Shown in pieces: positions 56,171 through 64,000 of a DNA stretch of 64,000 nt. The notes beneath the pieces were generated by a model. The model made no database searches. It saw only the letters and a program-made list of their open reading frames with translations, and had not been told where the DNA came from. This DNA comes from an uncultured Desulfospira sp. (GTDB lineage Bacteria > Desulfobacterota > Desulfobacteria > Desulfobacterales > Desulfobacteraceae): contig OY760175.1 of the NCBI GenBank assembly GCA_963663165.1, positions 6,144,001 through 6,208,000 on the forward strand. Reading direction: 5' to 3'. The position numbers and the translations under genes are program-made. The stretch's first letter is position 1; every line of letters begins with the position of its first letter.

Positions 56171-56418
56171 GGTTGTCCTATTGTTTTCGATGCGTTGAAG
56201 GCGTTATATGTGCGGGCCCTTCAGTTGAAATGATTATACGCCGGGCAGAGCCAATGTGCAAACCCGTAGCCGTAAAAGCAGCCTTTTTGAATTTAATGCA
56301 TAACCAAGAAACTGGAAACAAGAGACAAGAAAGGAGTCGGATTAATGGCATAATCCTTTGAACCCGCCTCCGAATCGCTATCGGAATCAAACGAATCTTG
56401 AAACCAATTTCAATTTTG

Positions 56419-56471
56419 GGTTGGAGCGGGCCATGCCCGCGATTCGATCGCGGGCATGGCCCGCTCCAACC
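56419..56471. repeat. REP-like inverted doublet, copy 2
   Basis: GGTTGGAGCGGGCCATGCCCGCGATTCGATCGCGGGCATGGCCCGCTCCAACC. Confidence 0.85.
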
Positions 56472-56529
56472 TATCATCTGCCGAAAATATGATGATGGAT
56501 ACCGGATGTTGCGGTGGTGTTGGGCGCCC

Positions 56530-56572
56530 GTAGGGGCGATTCATGAATCGCCCCTACATGAATCGCCCCTAC
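56530..56572. repeat. GTAG-type REP-like palindrome, copy 2
   Basis: GTAGGGGCGATTCATGAATCGCCCCTAC plus a duplicated half ATGAATCGCCCCTAC. Confidence 0.8.
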
Positions 56573-56792
56573 ACCGTCATCATCTGTAATAATGGCAATC
56601 CAAAATTCCATTTTATTGAAGTGTAATATTAAAAATGCGCCTGCCCTGATATAAGGGCCGGATTTTTATGGCAACAAAGGCAAAAAATTTGAGTCCTTGG
56701 CCAAAATGGGGTAAAAGCATGTCTCAAAGTTTTTAGAAAATTGCATTCGGATCGGATTGGGAATGCCATAACCACAGATAAAGAGAGGAAAC

Positions 56793-58709
56793 ATGAGCGC
56801 GTTAAGTTTGACACATAAGATCCTTAAGAATCACCTGGTTGAACCGGCCCGGCTGCCGGCACCCGGGGAGTTGATCAAGATCAGGATCGATGAGGCGTTT
56901 ACCCAGGATGCCACGGGCACCATGTGCATGCTTCAACTTGAAGCCATGGGCGTCGGCAAGGTAAAACCCCTTTCAGTAAACTTTGTTGACCACAGTATGC
57001 TTCAATCGGGTTTCAGAAACCCGGATGACCACCAGTACCTGAGAACCGTTGCCGCAAAACTGGGCATCATCTTTTCACCGCCGGGGACCGGTATCTGTCA
57101 TTTTACCAATATGGAAAATTTTGTTAAACCGGGCATGACCGGTGTGGGCGCGGACAGCCATACCGTCAATGCCGGGGGCTGCGGTGCAGTCTTCATGGGT
57201 GCCGGCGGATATGACGTGGCCCTGGCCATGGCCACCGGCATGTACACCATGCCCATGCCCAAGGTGACCAAAGTCAACCTGACCGGCCGGCTGGCCAAGA
57301 ACTGTATGGCCATGGATATCATCCTGAAGATGCTTGAGATTGTCTCTGTAAAAGGCGGCAAGGGCATTATCTTTGAATACACCGGTCCCGGGGTTGCCAC
57401 CCTGTCTTTGACCGAACGGGCCACCATCACCAACATGGGCGCCGAGATGGGGGCGACCACCTCAATCTTCCCCAGTGACGACAACACCAGAGCCTATCTG
57501 GAAAGCCGGGGCCGGGGCCAAGACTACACCGAACTGTCTGCCGATGAGGGGGCATCCTATGATGGTGAAATTAATGTTAACCTGTCTGAGATCGAACCTT
57601 TGATCGCCATCTATCCCTCTCCGGGCAATGTTGAAAAAGTGAAAGACCATGAAGGGACCAAAATCCATCAGGTCTGTATCGGTTCCTGCACCAACAGCTC
57701 CTTTGAAAACATTGCCGCCTTTGCAGAAGCGCTTAAAGGCAAACGGGTCAAAGTGGATACCATGCTCTATCCCGGCTCCCGGTCCGTTGCCATGCAGCTG
57801 GCCGATGCCGGTTACATTAAAATGATGTTCGAGTCCGGTGTCAGAATCATGGAGAACGGCTGCGGTGCCTGCATCGGCCAGGGCGGTTCCCCCCCAAGCC
57901 AGGGCATTACGTTGAGAACCTTTAACCGGAACTTCCCCAAACGGTCCGGGACCGATGATGCAAAATGTCATCTGATCAGCCCCCTGGTTGCCGCTGCCAG
58001 TGCCCTGACCGGCGTGATTACCCTTCCCGAAGCCAAAGAGATCCCCATTACCGTTGTGCCGCCTGTGATCGACACCGCCTCTTTCATCATGCCGGATAAA
58101 GCCGACAAGTCCGAAGGCGTTGTCCGCGGTCCCAACATCATGGCCCTGCCTGAATTCTCGCCGCTGCCCGGCATTGTGACAGGCGAAGTCCTGCTCAAGA
58201 CCGGCGATAACATCAGTACCGATGACATCCAGCCGGCCGGTACCTTCCTGCCGCTTCGCTCCAATGTGAAAGAATACGCCATGCAGGCCACTTACAAGCT
58301 GGTGGACCCCACCTTTGCAAAGCGCGCGGCAGCCCATAGAGATGCCGGCAGGGAGGGGTTCATTATCGGTGCTGAAAACTACGGTCAGGGAAGCTCCCGG
58401 GAACATGCGGCCCTGTGTCCAAGATGGCTCGGTATCCGGGCGGTGATCGTTAAATCCTTTGCCCGGATTCATGTGGCCAACCTGGTTAACTTCGGCATCG
58501 TTCCCATGACGTTTAAGAATCCGGCCGACTATGACAAGATCACCCAGGGCGACACGGTCTCCTTTGATGCCGCAGACCTTTCCGGCGATCTGTTCCTTGA
58601 CGTCAATGGCGAAAAACTGCCCCTGGAGCCCGCTTTTGACAAAGACATGATCCCTACCCTGAAACTGGGCGGGGCCCTGGCTCAGTTCAAGGCAACCTTC
58701 AAGGGGTAA
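56793..58709 (+). CDS. acn: Aconitate hydratase (compact single-chain aconitase-family [4Fe-4S] hydratase)
   Basis: QDATG, GADSHT, IGSCTN, CGACIG, FNRNF, ISTDDI and NYGQGSSREHA motifs. Confidence 0.92.
   Translation: MSALSLTHKILKNHLVEPARLPAPGELIKIRIDEAFTQDATGTMCMLQLEAMGVGKVKPLSVNFVDHSMLQSGFRNPDDHQYLRTVAAKLGIIFSPPGTGICHFTNMENFVKPGMTGVGADSHTVNAGGCGAVFMGAGGYDVALAMATGMYTMPMPKVTKVNLTGRLAKNCMAMDIILKMLEIVSVKGGKGIIFEYTGPGVATLSLTERATITNMGAEMGATTSIFPSDDNTRAYLESRGRGQDYTELSADEGASYDGEINVNLSEIEPLIAIYPSPGNVEKVKDHEGTKIHQVCIGSCTNSSFENIAAFAEALKGKRVKVDTMLYPGSRSVAMQLADAGYIKMMFESGVRIMENGCGACIGQGGSPPSQGITLRTFNRNFPKRSGTDDAKCHLISPLVAAASALTGVITLPEAKEIPITVVPPVIDTASFIMPDKADKSEGVVRGPNIMALPEFSPLPGIVTGEVLLKTGDNISTDDIQPAGTFLPLRSNVKEYAMQATYKLVDPTFAKRAAAHRDAGREGFIIGAENYGQGSSREHAALCPRWLGIRAVIVKSFARIHVANLVNFGIVPMTFKNPADYDKITQGDTVSFDAADLSGDLFLDVNGEKLPLEPAFDKDMIPTLKLGGALAQFKATFKG
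58140..58709 (+). repeat. 570-bp direct repeat, copy 1 (aconitase 3' end)
   Basis: Matches 59903-60472 (offset 1763); 3 mismatches seen by eye. Confidence 0.95.
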
Positions 58710-58733
58710 TCATACCCCCTGTATAATTTATAT

Positions 58734-58828
58734 TGCCGGGGAAACACCATTCCCCGGCATATATTAAGATAGATATTGGAGGGGGCAGAATAAAGTTAAG
58801 GATGCAACGTTTAATTTTACTCTGCCCC
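58734..58828. terminator. Two hairpins after aconitase; the second is a REP-like IR also present at 60513-60556
   Basis: TGCCGGGGAA / TTCCCCGGCA (58734-58759); GGGGCAGAATAAAGTTAA / TTAATTTTACTCTGCCCC (58782-58828). Confidence 0.6.
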
Positions 58829-58968
58829 AATTATTTGCACGGCCAAAGTGTAAGGTAAAAAAAGCCTATTCTTTCAGGTTCCTTTTTACCCCTCCCAATG
58901 CCGGTCAGTCTGATGCCCAGCTGCACCAGGCGGGCGGGTGCCGGAACCGGATAAAAGATCCCCGTCGC

Positions 58969-58997
58969 TTGACACAAAACCTGGTATTACGTACAAT
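58969..58997 (+). promoter_or_regulatory. Sigma-70 promoter of the toxin-antitoxin operon
   Basis: TTGACA-17 nt-TACAAT; TACGTA (58988-58993) and TACGTC (59011-59016) are candidate autorepression sites. Confidence 0.8.
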
Positions 58998-59034
58998 AAG
59001 TATCAATCAATACGTCAAATAAAAGGGGTTTGAT

Positions 59035-59277
59035 ATGAATACAAAACTTACATTGCGGCTTGAAGAGGATCTGATCAAGTCTGCCAAAAGATATGCAAGC
59101 ATGAGCGGCAAATCTGTTTCTCAAATGGTTGCAGATTACTTCTACGTTTTAGATAAAACCAATTTGAAAAAGAGACAACAGATCACGCCTATTGTAAAAT
59201 CGTTAAAAGGCTCTTTGAGAAATCCTGATCTTAATGAAACGGATTATAAAAAATATCTTGAAGAAAAATATCTGTGA
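59035..59277 (+). CDS. Antitoxin, RHH-type (DUF6364-like)
   Basis: MNTKLTLRL...AKRYA...GKSVSQMV...YLEEKY; overlaps the toxin start. Confidence 0.85.
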   Translation: MNTKLTLRLEEDLIKSAKRYASMSGKSVSQMVADYFYVLDKTNLKKRQQITPIVKSLKGSLRNPDLNETDYKKYLEEKYL

Positions 59278-59696
59278 AGATTCTTTTTGATACAAATGTT
59301 GTTCTTGATGTAATGATGAATAGAGCCCCATTTGCAGAGCCCGCAAGTCAGCTAATGTCTCTTGCTGAAAGTGGACAAATTACCGGACTGTTATGTGCAA
59401 CAACAGTGACAACGATTCATTACCTGTCGACCAAGGTTTTGGGATCGGCCAATGCACAACATAAAATCAAAGATCTGACAACACTATTCGAGATTGCTAC
59501 TGTGAACAGGGCTGTGATTGAGGATGCACTTGATTCCGGATTTACAGATTTTGAAGATGCCGTTATCTACCAGGCTGGCCGCCATGCAGGGGCAGAAATT
59601 ATTGTTACGAGAGATCCCAAAGGGTTTAAACGATCTGAATTGCCGGTTTATGATTCTAACGAAATGTTAAAAGTAATTCAATTATTAGATTCTTAA
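59274..59696 (+). CDS. PIN-domain (VapC-like) toxin
   Basis: ILFDTNVVLD, DFEDA and IVTRD motifs. Confidence 0.9.
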   Translation: MKILFDTNVVLDVMMNRAPFAEPASQLMSLAESGQITGLLCATTVTTIHYLSTKVLGSANAQHKIKDLTTLFEIATVNRAVIEDALDSGFTDFEDAVIYQAGRHAGAEIIVTRDPKGFKRSELPVYDSNEMLKVIQLLDS

Positions 59697-59750
59697 ACGG
59701 GAATCAAATAATCGTTAATCTCCCCCCGAAATGGCGCCTTTAGAAAGGCC

Positions 59751-59864
59751 TTATTCTATTTCAATTATCCGTTTATAGATTCCCGGACTGGATCCGGGAA
59801 TCACGGTAGCCGATGCGGCTTTTTGATAAAATTCAATTTGATCCTCATCAACCCATCCGACAAT
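59751..59864 (-). pseudogene. 3' fragment of a diverged copy of the GNAT gene
   Basis: Reads IVGWVDEDQIEFYQKAASATVIPGSSPGIYKRIIEIE*; 10 mismatches in 98 bp versus 55707-55804. Confidence 0.85.
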
Positions 59865-59902
59865 CATTCAAGCTCGTCCCGGATAACTTCAAGTTGTTCA
59901 AG

Positions 59903-60472
59903 ATGACCCTGCCTGAATTCTCGCCGCTGCCCGGCATTGTGACAGGCGAAGTCCTGCTCAAGACCGGCGATAACATCAGTGCCGATGACATCCAGCCGGC
60001 CGGTACCTTCCTGCCGCTTCGCTCCAATGTGAAAGAATACGCCATGCAGGCCACTTACAAGCTGGTGGACCCCACCTTTGCAAAGCGCGCGGCAGCCCAT
60101 AGAGATGCCGGCAGGGAGGGGTTCATTATCGGTGCTGAAAACTACGGTCAGGGAAGCTCCCGGGAACATGCGGCCCTGTGTCCAAGATGGCTCGGTATCC
60201 GGGCGGTGATCGTTAAATCCTTTGCCCGGATTCATGTGGCCAACCTGGTTAACTTCGGCATCGTTCCCATGACGTTTAAGAATCCGGCCGACTATGACAA
60301 GATCACCCAGGGCGACACGGTCTCCTTTGATGCCGCAGACCTTTCCGGCGATCTGTTCCTTGACGTCAATGGCGAAAAACTGCCCCTGGAGCCCGCTTTT
60401 GACAAAGACATGATCCCTACCCTGAAACTGGGCGGGGCCCTGGCTCAGTTCAAGGCAACCTTCAAGGGATAA
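59903..60472 (+). pseudogene. Duplicated aconitase C-terminal (swivel) domain; repeat copy 2
   Basis: Near-identical to 58140-58709, open from ATG 59903 to the stop; lacks the Fe-S domains. Confidence 0.8.
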
Positions 60473-60570
60473 GAATACCGGCCATATAGTTTATATGGCC
60501 GGGAAAACAGAAGGTCAGAATAAAGTTAACAACCCTGCGTTAATTTTATTCTGACCCCACACCCCGCTAT

Positions 60571-61176
60571 TTATTTTTTCCTGCGCGCTATACCGGTAAG
60601 GCCTATTATTCCGGAGCCCAAAAGAAACATTGTTGATGGTACTGGGACTGCGGATAATGTCCAAACCGCGTAAACATAGTGAGCCGGGTTGTATATCGAC
60701 CATAATGTGTCCGACGCTGTTCCATCCCCTGACTCCTCTTCATAATTTGACGCCGATACATATTGGATACTATATTGTGTATCACTGCCAGACTGGGTGG
60801 TATAGTAACCATATGGTGTGTTTATAACGTTAAATGAATAGGTATAACCTGCTTTCTTTCCATCCAGGACCAGTGATGGATCTGTATCGTAATCGGATAC
60901 CAATACCTGCTCCAATAAAGCTTGTGATGCAGCCTCAGCTTCCCGGGCTGTCGAGAAGGTAAACGTGTATCCATTAGTATTATCCCAAAAGATGGCATAT
61001 GCATGGTTATCTACAAACTCCACATCATAAAGCACGCCATCTATGCTCACCCCAATAGCGCCATTTAACAGGCCAGTACTATCAAATGTTAATACCAATG
61101 CTTCAGCACGGCTCAGGCCGAAAACAAAAATAAACGCACTGAAAAGTAAGTCCATCTTTTTAATTAACCTTAGCAT
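60571..61176 (-). CDS. PEP-CTERM (VPxP-CTERM) sorting-signal surface protein
   Basis: Signal peptide, Ser/Thr/Tyr-rich body, C-terminal VPVPSTMFLLGSGIIGLTGIARRKK. Confidence 0.9.
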   Translation of the reverse strand: MLRLIKKMDLLFSAFIFVFGLSRAEALVLTFDSTGLLNGAIGVSIDGVLYDVEFVDNHAYAIFWDNTNGYTFTFSTAREAEAASQALLEQVLVSDYDTDPSLVLDGKKAGYTYSFNVINTPYGYYTTQSGSDTQYSIQYVSASNYEEESGDGTASDTLWSIYNPAHYVYAVWTLSAVPVPSTMFLLGSGIIGLTGIARRKK

Positions 61177-61248
61177 TTCTTTCTCCTTTCTTATTCCTGT
61201 CTTTTTGTGAAAGTCTTTCGAAAAAATAAGACTTTCGATCTTTGTAAT

Positions 61249-61293
61249 GGGCCGGACCGGATTAACAATCCGGTCCGGCCCGTGTGGCCGTTA
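61249..61293. repeat. 15-bp perfect hairpin with a family E-type TGGCCGTTA end
   Basis: GGGCCGGACCGGATT-AAC-AATCCGGTCCGGCCC followed by GTGTGGCCGTTA. Confidence 0.65.
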
Positions 61294-61372
61294 TAGAAAA
61301 CAATGTACGGCTTGCTGTGCATAGAAAAAAATTTGAACCATGTCATTTAATTTTCTTTTCTTACTTTGATAT

Positions 61373-61388
61373 GGCAAGTTGCATGCCA
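61373..61388 (-). promoter_or_regulatory. Sigma-54 promoter for the PEP-CTERM gene
   Basis: Minus strand TGGCATGCAACTTGCC, GG-N10-GC; PEP-CTERM genes are known to use sigma-54 promoters. Confidence 0.7.
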
Positions 61389-61520
61389 TGGGAACAAAGA
61401 TTCAAACCGGTGCGGAGATCAGCAACGAAAATTTGGCTCAGGAGCCTTGACAGGCTTGCTTTTGACAGATTGGTTCCATTAGATTGGCCGTGGTTCCGGC
61501 CACAGGAACCCAAGAAGGGG

Positions 61521-62325
61521 ACCGGCACGCCCCAGACCGCCATGAGGCCGTCGCCGGCAATTTTGTCCATCATGCCGCCATTGGAAAGGACCATGTCGGC
61601 AAAGCGGCCAAGGGTCTGGGAGAGCAGGGCAACCAGCTCCCGGGCCGGCAGCCGGGAGGCCAGACCGGTAAAATCCTGAATATCCAGGAACAGGACCGAA
61701 CCCTCAAAGAATTCCCCGCCCGGGTTGAGCCGGTCCGGATGCTTTAACAGATAATCCACCACCCCGGGGGGAGGTATACCTGGAAAAAATTTGTCTGATG
61801 TATGTTTTGGCTTTCCACAGGTCCAGGTTCCGGATCAAAAGACAGCCAAAGATGATCCCCAGTACCGGCAGCACAATCCCGGCCGGCGGAATATAGATCC
61901 GGTACCAGGAGAAGGAAAGAAAGATCAGGCCGGACAGGGCCGCCATAGACACCAGGGCCGCCATCACACCGGTGCCGGGCCGGCAGCCCGACAACAGCCA
62001 TGGGGTCATGAGGCTAAACAGTGCCACAAGGCCCGCATAGGGAAATCGGCCCATTTCATGAATCCTGTCTGAATGCAGGTACCCTGCGGCCACGTTGGCC
62101 TGAATTTCAACCCCGGACATCTGCCCGGCCCCAAATCTGACATGGGGGGTTGAATGGTGGTCGGCCAGCAGGGATGTCAGGCTGACGGTGTTTTTTGTGG
62201 AAAACCCCACAAACACCAGCTTATCCCGAAATATGCCGGCAAGGTGGTGGGTTTCAGGGGTCGTTGGGGTCAAGCCGCCGGGCCTGCTCAAGCATGTCCA
62301 GGGCCTGTTTAAACCGCAATGATAA
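61521..62325 (-). pseudogene. CHASE2-TM-class III adenylate/guanylate cyclase fragment, frameshifted and truncated at both ends
   Basis: FRDKLVFVG and MSGVEIQAN (CHASE2), 3 TM helices, FSRYTSP, VLFLDIQDFT and DKIAGDGLMAVWG; +1 shifts at G-runs 61766-61771 and probably 62257-62260. Confidence 0.8.
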
Positions 62326-62359
62326 ACCCGTCACAGACAACCATGGCCGCCATCACGGT

Positions 62360-63598
62360 CTAATGGAGTTGGCGCACATTTCCCGGCCAGGGATAGGTCG
62401 ACAGCTTTTTCAGGGCGTTTTCTGAAATCCGAATACGCCCTTGTCCCTTTGGGGTTCTGCGCTGCCCGGTCATTTGCTGCTGGAGAAAATAATCAACCAG
62501 CAAAGGGATATCATTGATTCGTTCTCTTAAACTGGGAAGCCTTAACTCAAGGCCGCACAATCTGAAATATAGATCCCGGCGAAACTTTCCCTGTGCAATG
62601 AGCCGTTCAAGGTCTGTATTGGTGGCCGCAATAATTCTGGCATCATATGCCGTCTCCCTGTCCGAGCCCACGGGCATGACCTTTTTTTCCTGAAGCGCCC
62701 GAAGAATTTTGGCCTGGCAGGGCAGGCTCATCTCTCCGATTTCATCCAGCAACAGGGTCCCGCCTGAGGCGGCCATAAATTTGCCTTCACGGCTGGTTGA
62801 GGCCCCGCTGAAAGCCCCTTTAACATGGCCGAACAGCTCGCTTTCAAGGATGGTTTCATTGATGGCCGCACAGTTGATGCTTAAAAAGGGGCCGTTTCTG
62901 TGGTGCATGTTTTCGTGGATTCTTCTGGCGCACAGCTCTTTTCCGGTGCCGGTTTCCCCGTAAATCAGGACCGGTACCGATGATGCGGCGGCCTTAACCG
63001 AAAGGCTCAGCACCTTTTGAATGGCCTGGCTGATCCCAACGATCACGGTCTGCTCTTTTTCCGGAACCGGCCGGAATGCTTTAACCGGCTTGGACTCGCC
63101 ATGTCCGGCACCTTGAACAAGGGATGCGGCATACAGCACCCCCACGGCGGTCATGATATCTTCCCAAAGGCCCGGGAACTGCTCTTTGGTGGCGTGGTTG
63201 ATCAGGTTGATGACCCCATAGATTTTATCATTATAAATGATCGGCGCACTGATCATGGACCGGGTTCTGAATTCAATGATCCGGTCTACGTTACGGTCAT
63301 GCTGGTGATGGCTCCAGGCATCGGAGATACGGATGGTTTTCCGGGATAACACAGCGGCCCCTGAAATGCCTTCACCCGGTTTTAAGGAAAAGTCGCCCAG
63401 ATCGTCTCTGGACAGATTCGTGGCGTACTTTAAGGTTAAATGGCCATTGAGGCCGGTCTGCCAGATGGAGGCTTCCCGGGCGTTGGCCGCATCCATAAGC
63501 GCCTGGCATAGGCGTTTTTCAAACTCACCGGCCTTTGCCGTAACACAGTGTTCTGATTTGAAAAGTGCAAACAGGGCATCAATTTCAGGGCAGCTCAT
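62360..63598 (-). pseudogene. GAF plus sigma-54 AAA+ activator, 3'-truncated (no HTH)
   Basis: GAF, GETGTGKE, GAFSGA and WPGNVRQLH, then TAG; residual TVMAAMVVCDG continues in frame before a junction with CHASE2 sequence. Confidence 0.8.
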
Positions 63599-63764
63599 TG
63601 TTCTATACACAAAACGGTTTTAAATGAACACGTTATCACACTGTCGGTATCACAAAAAAAAGATTCACACAGTGCGAATTTATGTATGTCATTTCAGCCT
63701 TTGGGGCTGGAAACGGTGATGCTGTTTTTTAAATATATTCACAGGTGGCCATGTAAAATCAATC

Positions 63765-63916
63765 GTAACTGTTCAGCAGTGCCCCATCTTCGCTCATTCA
63801 GGCCTTCTCACATAGCAAAAGTATGCTACGAAGTCCTGACTAAACAAATATGAAGCACTGATGAACAGTTACGGACCCTGATTTTGCTTAGTTTTCAGCA
63901 TTAGCTGAATAGTTAC
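63765..63916. mobile_element. MITE family A, copy 3 (152 bp, reverse orientation)
   Basis: GTAACTGTTCAGC ... GCTGAATAGTTAC; 8-bp TSD AATCAATC at 63757-63764 and 63917-63924. Confidence 0.9.
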
Positions 63917-64000
63917 AATCAATCTATAATTTTAAGGAAAACCCGTAAATCATGAAGGCCATGGTATTGTGTGGAAAAAAACAACATTCAGGGTTCAGGC

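Noticed and set aside
59813..59902. Novel N-terminal domain fused to the aconitase copy (ORF 59813-60472)
   Set aside because: Much of these 30 codons is the antisense of the GNAT fragment, so the frame is open by chance.
61766..61771. Phase variation or programmed frameshift at the G6 run in the cyclase
   Set aside because: The run is short, and the gene is truncated at both ends, so restoring the frame would not give a functional enzyme.
62360..62362. Pyrrolysine read-through of the in-frame TAG in the sigma-54 activator
   Set aside because: Read-through meets TAA at 62309-62311 and still yields no HTH; there are no pyl genes in the window, and a CAG-to-TAG nonsense change is simpler.
1..64000. 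CRISPR array, tRNA, rRNA, autonomous IS, integrase or prophage
   Set aside because: No regularly spaced repeat-spacer series, no recognisable cloverleaf or rRNA, and no ORF with transposase, integrase or phage motifs. This was judged by eye; tRNAscan and Infernal were not run.

Overview
A chromosomal window from a moderately GC-rich bacterium. The gene content (TRAP transporters, sigma-54 regulators, Cache/PAS hybrid kinases, MCPs, rnj-ftsK, PEP-CTERM) suggests a Desulfobacterales-type sulfate reducer; this taxonomy is inference only. It contains two TRAP transporter loci, a persulfide dioxygenase-rhodanese-like fusion, a MocR regulator with an EamA transporter, rnj-ftsK, rtcB and a signalling block from about 21.6 to 38.5 kb. 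Further along are a CecR/YbhGFSR-type efflux operon, a GntR-TRAP-pxpABC / accB-accC-creatininase cluster, a single-chain aconitase whose 3' 570 bp are duplicated around a PIN toxin-antitoxin pair, and a PEP-CTERM gene. Several genes are deletion-eroded pseudogenes (a His-less hybrid kinase, kdnA/kdsB, a sigma-54 activator, a CHASE2 cyclase). The intergenic DNA is rich in non-autonomous elements: at least four MITE-like families (three with visible target-site duplications), REP-like palindromes and heptamer arrays, with no transposase in the window. Best candidates for undescribed biology: (1) a free-standing TtrS/ThsS-like binding protein paired with an MCP, possibly for sulfur-oxyanion chemotaxis; (2) a split urea-carboxylase-like / lactam catabolic cluster; (3) a MITE family with compensatory stem changes that sits at stop codons. 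I found no rRNA, tRNA or CRISPR array. All family assignments come from motif recognition by eye, not from database searches.
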